64,000 nucleotides of DNA from Thermodesulfobacteriota bacterium (GTDB taxonomy: Bacteria > Desulfobacterota_D > UBA1144 > Nemesobacterales > UBA2774): NCBI GenBank assembly GCA_965223335.1, contig OZ244991.1, positions 544,001 through 608,000 of the forward strand, written 5' to 3'. The translations under genes and the position numbers were made by a program. Below are positions 50,310 through 58,761 of the stretch, piece by piece (position 1 is the stretch's first letter; every line of letters starts with the position of its first letter). Below the pieces are notes generated by a model. The model made no database searches. It was not told where the DNA came from and worked only from the letters and a program-made list of their open reading frames with translations.

Positions 50310-50913
50310 GACGTCAGATACCCAAAACTATTATAATCCGCAGACAATAAAAATTACACAAAACCCTCCTAATCTCAATTAAATATGTAAAATACATGGT
50401 GGCGTTTAATACATAGGAAATTCACTAACACCACTAGAGGATCATACCGAGCGGACAACAATTGCAAAAATATCTATTTATTTCAAACAGTTGCCTGTGT
50501 AGTCACTAGCAGTTAACGCTGATGATGGACTGAATAATAGTAACGATAATGGGTAAATATAAGCACATCGTTCTTACAATATTTGTCATAACTAAAATAG
50601 ATCCTTGTGAAAATAGGTCCTTTGGATGAAATAATTAGGTTATAACAGAGGTTTACGTCACTATGTGTGCAAGAAAGCTATTTGGCATGCTTTTTGTCTA
50701 TAAACAGCTATATAGAGGTGTGATTTAATTATCCGACAAGATTGTTAAATCTAATAATTTTAAAGAGTTACATAGTTAACAAATTGTTTACCGGAGCACC
50801 TGCTTGTTGATTGAAGAACATAAACAAGCTATGTATATGTATTAAAATGTAGAGTGAACTTAATGCTAAATGGTTCAGTATTTGCAAATTATTAGGGAAT
50901 CAAAGGATAAGAA

Positions 50914-52203
50914 TTGAAAGAAAACAGCATAAACATATTATTGATTGAGGATGATCCCGACTTTGCTAGACTGGCTAGCAATGTTTTAGCATCGAGCACC
51001 GACCCCAAAATAGAGTTCGATCATTCAGAGACCTTACAGATCGGGCTCGACTTGCTCGGTAAAAACCAGTACGACTTGATCCTGCTGGATCTGAATCTCC
51101 CAGACTCAAGCAACATTAACACGGTCGCAAAGGCATGCGACAACACCGAGATCCCTATAATCATACTCACAGCAACCGATGATGAATCCACAGCAATCCA
51201 GGCCATGCAGATGGGTGCACAGGATTTCATACTCAAGAGCTCGCTGGATAGGGCATTACTACTGCGGTCGATCCAATACGCAATCGAACGCAAGAAATTT
51301 GAGGTAAACCTAAGAGAGACCAAAGAGTATTTTAGGCTGCTTATCGAAAACGCCCTCGACTTGATAGCCGTACTTGAGACCGACAGCACAATTAATTACG
51401 TAAGCCCCTCGCACAAGCGCATACTAGGATACGATGATGACGAGTTGATTGGGAAACGTGGATTCGATTTTATACACCCCGATGATTTTGAATCTGTTCA
51501 AAGAACTCTTAACGACGGGCTAAACGAGCCTCATCTAGTACACACAGTAGAGTACCGTTTCAAGCATAAAGACGGCAGGTGGGTCACACTGGAATCGATC
51601 GGGAAAATGTTTTCACCCGAAACCGGTGAGGCCAAGATAGTAGTAAATTCCAGAGACATAACCGAGAGAAAGAAAATGGAGGAAACTCTGCGTAACCTCT
51701 CGATTACAGACGACCTTACTGGGCTGTATAACCGCCGAGGGTTTTTAACACTTGCCGAGCACCTGATTAAAACGGCTGAACGCGCCAGCCAAGATATATT
51801 CCTAATTCTTATCGATTTAGACGACCTCAAAAAGATAAACGACGAATTCGGCCACAAAGAGGGCGACCAGGCATTGATGGACATTGCATATATAATTAAA
51901 CAAACGTTTAGGGGATCAGACGTTATTGCACGCATTAGCGGCGACGAATTCGTGATCCTCGCATCCGACACCTCGGGAAACATTATTGAAGCCATTACCG
52001 ATCGTTTGGCGACCAACCTGGAGATATTCAACCTCAACAAAAAGAGGCCCTATAAGCTCGGCATCAGCTATGGCGTGGCACGCTACAGTGAGTCGGATGC
52101 CAACTCGCTCGACAGATTGCTGGTTATTGCAGATGAACTCATGTACAGACATAAAAATTCAAAAAATAGTAGTAGGGCCAATGCGGCAAGGGATATCTCT
52201 TGA
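50914..52203 (+). CDS. REC-PAS-GGDEF diguanylate cyclase (SGDEF variant)
   Basis: LLIEDD/LLDLNLPD receiver, IHPDD PAS, DDLTGLYNRR, RGSD-x5-SGDEF. Confidence 0.92.
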   Translation: MKENSINILLIEDDPDFARLASNVLASSTDPKIEFDHSETLQIGLDLLGKNQYDLILLDLNLPDSSNINTVAKACDNTEIPIIILTATDDESTAIQAMQMGAQDFILKSSLDRALLLRSIQYAIERKKFEVNLRETKEYFRLLIENALDLIAVLETDSTINYVSPSHKRILGYDDDELIGKRGFDFIHPDDFESVQRTLNDGLNEPHLVHTVEYRFKHKDGRWVTLESIGKMFSPETGEAKIVVNSRDITERKKMEETLRNLSITDDLTGLYNRRGFLTLAEHLIKTAERASQDIFLILIDLDDLKKINDEFGHKEGDQALMDIAYIIKQTFRGSDVIARISGDEFVILASDTSGNIIEAITDRLATNLEIFNLNKKRPYKLGISYGVARYSESDANSLDRLLVIADELMYRHKNSKNSSRANAARDIS

Positions 52204-52266
52204 ACACCGCACTTGAGTATAGAGATTGTTCGAATTGGGTGAAATAAAATATAGGAGTTAATAACA

Positions 52267-54213
52267 GTGGATAAATTATACTTGCGCTTGTTACTGGTAG
52301 AAGACGACAACAGCTCCGCGGAGCTGGTAATTTCCAAGATTAAAAAAGCAGATAGCTTCGATATAGAGATTCTTCACGTAGGATCACTAACAAAAGCAGT
52401 AGAGAGCTTAGGCGAACACGATATAGATTTGATCCTGCTCGATCTCTTTTTACCCGATAGCGAAGATATTGACACATTTGCATCCATTCATAAACTCGTA
52501 CCCGATATCCCCGTCATTATTCTCACGTCTCTCTCAGACGAGAAAAAAGCCATAAAGTCTGTGCAGATGGGTGCTCAGGATTATCTACCCAAAAGCGAAC
52601 TCAAGAACTCTGACCTCACCAGATCGATCTTGTATGCTTTAGAGCGTCAAAACGAGATCAACAAAAGAAAAAAGATTGAAAAAGCACTAGAAGATGAAAA
52701 AGAGAGGCTTGCTGTAACACTACATTCCATCGGAGACGGTGTAATTGCCACTGACACAGTGGGCAAAGTGGTATTGATGAACAAAGTGGCCGAGGAACTC
52801 ACGGGCTGGCCCGAGGACGAGGCTGTGGGGACCATGATTGAAAATGTATTTTTCATAATAGAGGACGAATCGGGGGATAGGTGCGAGAACCCTGTACTTA
52901 AAGCAATCAATGAGAACGGGATCACTGGACTCAAGAAAAACACAGTGCTCATCTCACGTGAGCGCCAAGAGTTCAATTTCGTATCGGCAACCTGCTCTCC
53001 TATACACGACCGAGACGGCATTATCATCGGTGTAGTGTTAGTATTCAGAGATATCTCCCAAAGAAAAAAAATGGAAGAAGAGCTCTTGCGAGTGCAAAAA
53101 CTCGAGTCACTGGGAGTGTTGGCAGGTGGGATTGCCCATGATTTCAATAACTTCCTGACTGCAATTATCGGCAATATAACACTTACAGAAAGATTCACGA
53201 CTCATGACCCAAAGGCTGCCAAGAAGCTAAATGAAGCCCAGATGGCATGTAATAGAGCAAAGGAGCTGGCATCACAGCTTCTAAGCTTCTCGAGGGGAAA
53301 CTCACCGATCAAAAAAACCACATCCGACTTCAACAAACTCATCGGTCAGACTGTGAAATTTGCCACTAGCGGTTCTCATATTAACTACGATGTTAAAATC
53401 GACGATGATATTTGGCCCGTTGAAATAGACGAAGGCCAAATCAGTCAGGTTATAAGCAATATGGTTATAAACGCGGCACAATCTATGCCAAACGGCGGCA
53501 AAGTAGTGATACGTGTCAGCAACACCACATCAGAAGAGGAAAAAGGCATACCCTTGAGTGACGACAGATATGTAAAAATAACGGTTGAAGACGAGGGGAT
53601 AGGCATACCCAAAGAATACATAACACGCGTTTTCGACCCCTATTTCACTACAAAAAAGCAGGGTAGCGGCCTTGGCCTCGCAACATCCTACACAATTGTA
53701 CACAACCACGACGGTTACATCAGCGTAGACTCAGAGCTCGAGGTAGGAACGATGTTCCACATATATTTACCGGCCACAGAAAAAACCGAGCACTCCCGAT
53801 CCGCAAAGAAACTCGGAATAACTCGGGGCAGCGGGAAAATCCTTGTGATGGACGATAAGGATGAAGTACGCGAAGCCACAGGTGAGATGCTCGAGAACAT
53901 AGGTTACACAATAGTGCTGGCCAAAGACGGTGAGGAGGCGTTAACGCTCTACGAGCAGGCAATGGACTGCGACGAACCATTTGACTCCATAATTATCGAT
54001 CTTACGGTGCCCGGTGGTATGGGCGGCACGGAACTGCTCGAGAAACTTTTTGATCTGGACCCAGAGGTAAAAGCTATCCTAACCAGCGGCTATTCACATA
54101 ACCCCGTTTTGGATCAATATAAGAAATATGGGTTTAAAGGTGTGTTGACCAAACCCTACGAACTAGAGAAGCTGAGCAAAGTTATCCACGGTGTGCTGCT
54201 GAAAGCTAACTAG
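52267..54213 (+). CDS. Hybrid histidine kinase REC-PAS-HisKA-HATPase-REC
   Basis: LAGGIAHDFNN, DEGIG, FDPYFTTK..GSGLGL, receiver domains at both ends. Confidence 0.93.
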   Translation: MDKLYLRLLLVEDDNSSAELVISKIKKADSFDIEILHVGSLTKAVESLGEHDIDLILLDLFLPDSEDIDTFASIHKLVPDIPVIILTSLSDEKKAIKSVQMGAQDYLPKSELKNSDLTRSILYALERQNEINKRKKIEKALEDEKERLAVTLHSIGDGVIATDTVGKVVLMNKVAEELTGWPEDEAVGTMIENVFFIIEDESGDRCENPVLKAINENGITGLKKNTVLISRERQEFNFVSATCSPIHDRDGIIIGVVLVFRDISQRKKMEEELLRVQKLESLGVLAGGIAHDFNNFLTAIIGNITLTERFTTHDPKAAKKLNEAQMACNRAKELASQLLSFSRGNSPIKKTTSDFNKLIGQTVKFATSGSHINYDVKIDDDIWPVEIDEGQISQVISNMVINAAQSMPNGGKVVIRVSNTTSEEEKGIPLSDDRYVKITVEDEGIGIPKEYITRVFDPYFTTKKQGSGLGLATSYTIVHNHDGYISVDSELEVGTMFHIYLPATEKTEHSRSAKKLGITRGSGKILVMDDKDEVREATGEMLENIGYTIVLAKDGEEALTLYEQAMDCDEPFDSIIIDLTVPGGMGGTELLEKLFDLDPEVKAILTSGYSHNPVLDQYKKYGFKGVLTKPYELEKLSKVIHGVLLKAN

Positions 54214-54247
54214 ACCCACACAATATTTAAATGTGTCGGTACTCGCT

Positions 54248-56065
54248 TTAGCCGGGGGCTTCTGATAATTCCCAAGCCTCCTCCACCATATCTTTTATCA
54301 CCTCTAATCCCCCTGTCCAAAACCCGGGGTCTCCAATATCCACCCCTACCGTGCTTAGGAGCTTTTCAGGTGAATCACTGCCCCCACGAGATAGTAGAGT
54401 CAGGTACTTGGGGACAAAATCATCCGCATCTTTTAAGTACATATTATAGAGAGCAAGCACCAAAAGCTCCCCGAAGGAATATGCATAGCAATAAAACGGG
54501 GAGTGTATGAAATGCGGGATATACATCCACCACCACCGGTAGTCTTTAGTCATTTGCACCGTGTCCCCAAACATAGGGCTATTGGCCTCTGCCCAGAGTT
54601 CATTAATCCTGTCATGCCCAAGCTCCCCCTCACTTCGTCTTGCACTATGGAGCTTCTCTTCAAACCGTGTAAGCACAACCTGACGGAAAACTGTTGCAAA
54701 AATGTCCTCAAGCTTACTACATAGCAGCGCGAGCTTGGTTCTAGTGTCCGGAGCCGATTCTTTTAAGCTGTGAAACACTAGTATCTCTCCAAACACACTA
54801 GCGGTCTCTGCAGTGGTTAGTGGTGTGTTGGACTGAAAGTAACCGTTTTCTCTGGATAGATACTGATGAATCCCGTGTCCGAGTTCATGTGCAAGCGTCA
54901 TCACATCACGCATTTTCCCCGTGTAGTTTGTAAACACATAGGGATGCACGCTGGGCACGGTGCTGTGGCTAAAAGCCCCACCTCGCTTACCGGTCCTAAG
55001 CTCGGCGTCTATCCAGTTTTTCTCAAAAAACAGTCCTGCAATCCCAGCCATTTCACCCGAAAAATCACCAAACGAATCCAGTATGATCTCTTTGGCCTTA
55101 TCGTAATGAATCACTGTGGTATCGGAGTAGATCGGTGCATACCTGTCGTAATCATAGAACTTGGGTACACCGAGCAAAGCCTTTTTTATCTTATAGTACC
55201 TTGCCACCAGATGGTTATAGTCCTCGCACGCTTTCATAAGCCCCCCCACGGTCTCCATATCGATCTCGTTATCTAAATTCCTAGAGGCCATCGGGTGTTC
55301 AAATGAGCGTAAACGATCGTTAACGGAATGGTCCTGCACAAGTGTGTTAAATATAAAAGTCAAAACATGGGCATTATCCTTTAAGCCCTTTGTTATTGCC
55401 TTGGCTGCGGATTTCCTTATCTCTCTCCGTGGATCATATAAGAGTGAGAGCGCCTCGGTCTCGGTAAGGGTTTTAAGCTTGCCGTCCATACGTACCTTAA
55501 AACGCACATTGTTTAGGACCTCGTCAAAGAGCCTCTTAAAAGCCCTCGACCCTGTATTTGACTTTTCATCGAGCACCTTTTCTTCGGGTTCCGAGAGCCG
55601 ATGTGGGAAATACTTCCTCTCCAGTTCCAGAAAGTGTTTATAGTGCTTAACCTTATTATCATTGATAATTTTATCGGCGATCTCACTATCGAGCTCTGCC
55701 CATTCCAACTCAAAGAACAACAGGTGCTTCCTTATGTTAGTGGCATCTTCCTGCATACGCTGTAAAAATGCCCCGTGCTCGGAGTTACTCGTATCACCCG
55801 CAAACATAAGGTATGCAAACGAAAGCAGCTTACCCAGGGTTTCACTAATCGATTCAATTTCCTCTACTGCCCGTAACACCGTGGGGGCGGTAGAGTCCGG
55901 TGAATTAATCTTCCCCCTAAATTCGGACTCAAACTGCACAGCACGGGTCTTGGCCGTCTCTATGTCTTTTGCAATCTGAGTGTCGTTAAGCCCCCCATAG
56001 AGGTCACTCAGGTCCCATCTCACCCCCTTAGAACCTGCTTCATTTGTGTTCGATTTATCCGGCAT
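54248..56065 (-). CDS. pepF: M3B family oligoendopeptidase
   Basis: WDLSDLY, GKRGGAF, TLAHELGHGIH, AETAS, HFIHSPFYCYAY. Confidence 0.92.
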   Translation of the reverse strand: MPDKSNTNEAGSKGVRWDLSDLYGGLNDTQIAKDIETAKTRAVQFESEFRGKINSPDSTAPTVLRAVEEIESISETLGKLLSFAYLMFAGDTSNSEHGAFLQRMQEDATNIRKHLLFFELEWAELDSEIADKIINDNKVKHYKHFLELERKYFPHRLSEPEEKVLDEKSNTGSRAFKRLFDEVLNNVRFKVRMDGKLKTLTETEALSLLYDPRREIRKSAAKAITKGLKDNAHVLTFIFNTLVQDHSVNDRLRSFEHPMASRNLDNEIDMETVGGLMKACEDYNHLVARYYKIKKALLGVPKFYDYDRYAPIYSDTTVIHYDKAKEIILDSFGDFSGEMAGIAGLFFEKNWIDAELRTGKRGGAFSHSTVPSVHPYVFTNYTGKMRDVMTLAHELGHGIHQYLSRENGYFQSNTPLTTAETASVFGEILVFHSLKESAPDTRTKLALLCSKLEDIFATVFRQVVLTRFEEKLHSARRSEGELGHDRINELWAEANSPMFGDTVQMTKDYRWWWMYIPHFIHSPFYCYAYSFGELLVLALYNMYLKDADDFVPKYLTLLSRGGSDSPEKLLSTVGVDIGDPGFWTGGLEVIKDMVEEAWELSEAPG

Positions 56066-56096
56066 TTGAGCTCTCCCGAGACACTTTCTTGTAACG

Positions 56097-56549
56097 CTAT
56101 GCTTCTCCTAAAAGTTCCCTAACAACTCTATTTATTTCCTGACCATCCGCTTTGCCTTTGAGCTCGGGCATTATTACTTTCATAACCCTGCCAATGTCCC
56201 CCAAACCCTGGGCACCTGTATCGTCTATTACCTTTTGCACCCGTGACCTAATCTCATCGGTGCTAAGCTGCTCAGGCATGTAGTGCATCAGTATCTCTAT
56301 CTCTTCGGCCTCTGCCTGGGCAGCATCGGGCCTGTTGACCTTCTCGAACTCAGCCTTGGCATCCCTGCGCTTTTTTACCTCCGATGACACAACCTCAATT
56401 ACCCCCTGGTCATCGAGCTCATCTACTTTTTTCTCTATCTCTTTATTCCTAATAGCCGACTGCAGCATCCTAAGCACACTTAGTTTCAAGCTGTTCTTTT
56501 CCCTAAGTGCCTCTTTTATATCATTTGGGATCTGATCTCTTAAACCCAT
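56097..56549 (-). CDS. GatB/YqeY domain protein
   Basis: LSVLRML..AI.NKEI, YMPEQLS, IGRVM..LKGKADG. Confidence 0.92.
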   Translation of the reverse strand: MGLRDQIPNDIKEALREKNSLKLSVLRMLQSAIRNKEIEKKVDELDDQGVIEVVSSEVKKRRDAKAEFEKVNRPDAAQAEAEEIEILMHYMPEQLSTDEIRSRVQKVIDDTGAQGLGDIGRVMKVIMPELKGKADGQEINRVVRELLGEA

Positions 56550-56588
56550 CTAGCTTTTCTCCTTTACTTTGTTTTCGCTACCGCACGT

Positions 56589-57110
56589 CTATTCATCCAA
56601 CACGTAGATGTTCGGTAGGTGTCGGTATCTCTCGTTATAATCCATCCCATACCCCACTAAAAATCCCTCACCCGCTGAAAACCCGATATAGTGTGGACGG
56701 AGCTCCGATTGCCGCCTCTCAAGCTTGTTGATAAATACACAGACTTTAAGTGTGAGCGGTTTTTGGGCCCACAGATGATCGTAGATAGTTTTAACAGTCG
56801 AGCCCGTATCGGTTATCTCGTCAACCAAAAGCACATGGCGGTTCTCGGGTGAGATATCCAGGCAATCACTTAAGTCCATGCCCGTGGGGATTCTGTAGGC
56901 CTTATAACTGGAAGCCAATACAAAACCTACTTCATGCTCAATATCCAAATTGCGAACCAGATCAGAGAGAAATATAAAACCACCCTTAAGTACACCGACA
57001 ATCAACGGAAATAAACCTCTATAATCGCGGCTAATCTCACCGCCCAACCGTCTGACCTCATGCTCTATCGTATCGGATGAATATACCAGTCTCAAATTAT
57101 AGTTGCTCAT
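56589..57110 (-). CDS. hpt: Hypoxanthine phosphoribosyltransferase
   Basis: GVLKGGFIFLSDL, ASSY, VLLVDEITDTG, FLVGYGMDYNERYRHLP. Confidence 0.88.
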   Translation of the reverse strand: MSNYNLRLVYSSDTIEHEVRRLGGEISRDYRGLFPLIVGVLKGGFIFLSDLVRNLDIEHEVGFVLASSYKAYRIPTGMDLSDCLDISPENRHVLLVDEITDTGSTVKTIYDHLWAQKPLTLKVCVFINKLERRQSELRPHYIGFSAGEGFLVGYGMDYNERYRHLPNIYVLDE

Positions 57111-57167
57111 ACTTTTTTATAAAATATCTATCTTAGTTGGGGAACACGATCGCTCAAACGACCGTCA

Positions 57168-57581
57168 TTATTCTCGGTTTGTCATTGATATATCCAAATC
57201 AGGTATGAGCTCCGAGATAGAGCTCTGCAAAAACCCGCGCGTGTACACGTCGTCATCCACAATGCTCTGGTTCCAAACCAGTATATCGAGATCAATTGTT
57301 CTAGGCCCGTACCTGTTCTGATCCCTTACCCTACCCAATGACTCTTCAAGCTGTCTTAGCCAGGTTCTCATTTCTTCATACTCAAGTTCAGTCTCGATCA
57401 ACACCGCCCCGTTTAAAAATAGATCCTGGTCCTTATACCCTATGGGCTCAGTTCTTATAAACTGAGATGCGTTTATGATCTTAAATCTTTTAGCGATTGC
57501 TCGTTTAGCTCTCTTTATATATCTATTTGGCTCTATATTAGAACCAATGCCGATTACTATGGTATTTAGTTTTATTGCCAT
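57168..57581 (-). CDS. folK: 6-hydroxymethyl-7,8-dihydropterin pyrophosphokinase
   Basis: GIGSNI, FLNGAV, GPRTIDLDIL. Confidence 0.93.
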   Translation of the reverse strand: MAIKLNTIVIGIGSNIEPNRYIKRAKRAIAKRFKIINASQFIRTEPIGYKDQDLFLNGAVLIETELEYEEMRTWLRQLEESLGRVRDQNRYGPRTIDLDILVWNQSIVDDDVYTRGFLQSSISELIPDLDISMTNRE

Positions 57582-57591
57582 TTCTGATCCA

Positions 57592-57939
57592 TTATTTCGA
57601 CTGTTTATAAGTAACGGACACGGTATCGGTAAACCTAAGAGCAGCCGGCTTAGCGACCTTTACGGTTACGTGCTCGACCCCGCTTTGCTCCAGTATAATC
57701 TTTACTACATCACCCGCAATTTTTTCTATAAGGTTATATTCCGTGCTCTCCACTTTGGCTATAATCTTCTTTGTGATTGTTTTATAGTCAACCGTATCTT
57801 CTATCTGATCACTCTCTGCGGCGGTCTCGCTATTGGTAGCGATTTCGATGTTGATCACAACATCCTGCTTTACCTCTTTTTCCCATTCGTATATCCCAAC
57901 GATTGTTCTTAACCGAAGCCCCTCAATGTTTATAATCAT
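57592..57939 (-). CDS. folB: Dihydroneopterin aldolase
   Basis: IVGIYEWEK..KQ, TVDY, LIE, KPAAL. Confidence 0.9.
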   Translation of the reverse strand: MIINIEGLRLRTIVGIYEWEKEVKQDVVINIEIATNSETAAESDQIEDTVDYKTITKKIIAKVESTEYNLIEKIAGDVVKIILEQSGVEHVTVKVAKPAALRFTDTVSVTYKQSK

Positions 57940-58665
57940 CTATAAAGAACTCCATCTCAGGTGCTCCCCGCCGTCCACAAACAAGAGCTCACCTGTAATG
58001 AACTCGTTTTCAAGCAGGTAAATTAGCGCACTCAGAATATAATCGGGGTTCCCAGCCTTTTTGAGCGGTATCCGTTTTGCAATCTCTTCCAAATACTCAG
58101 CATCCTCCCCAGGGGGAGCCAAAATGGGGCCTGGGCAAATACCGTTTACCCTTATCCGTGGGCCTAGCACCTTGGCAGCCATCTTAGTAAAATCCGCAAG
58201 CGCCCGCTTGCTCAGATAATATGTAAAATGCTCGGTGTCCATGCCCGATATCCTGGTATCAAGCATATTGATGACTAGGCGAGCGGATTTTGTGCCGGAA
58301 AACGTTTGGGTTAAGAAAAACGGGACCTTGAAATTTATCTGCATGTCCCTATCCAGACTATCCTCTGTAACATGAAAAAAATCGTGCCTATCGAACATAG
58401 AAGCATTATTAATAAGTATTTCGCATTGGGGCATCTTATCGATTACCCGCGGCACAAGCCCCCTAACCTCTGGTAAGTTGTACAAGTTGCAACGAAATAG
58501 CTCACACACTCTGCCCTGCTCTCTAATCAGCTCAGCAGTTCTAAGAGCATCAGTGTGTGAGTGGTTATAATGCAGTGCGATATCATAGCCTTGCGAGGCC
58601 AATCCAAGCGCCATAGCCTTGCCTAATCTCTTTGCACTCCCGGTAATAAGAGCTGCTTTGCCCAT
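57940..58665 (-). CDS. Pteridine reductase / FolM-like SDR
   Basis: TGSAKRLG, INNAS, YYLSK; adjacent to folB and folK. Confidence 0.85.
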   Translation of the reverse strand: MGKAALITGSAKRLGKAMALGLASQGYDIALHYNHSHTDALRTAELIREQGRVCELFRCNLYNLPEVRGLVPRVIDKMPQCEILINNASMFDRHDFFHVTEDSLDRDMQINFKVPFFLTQTFSGTKSARLVINMLDTRISGMDTEHFTYYLSKRALADFTKMAAKVLGPRIRVNGICPGPILAPPGEDAEYLEEIAKRIPLKKAGNPDYILSALIYLLENEFITGELLFVDGGEHLRWSSL

Positions 58666-58761
58666 CTCGTTACTATAAAGCTTCTACCTTGGGAATTAAT
58701 AGCACCAAAAGAGTATAGCACATACCCCAGACATGAAAAAAACCCCATATTACTCCACATG

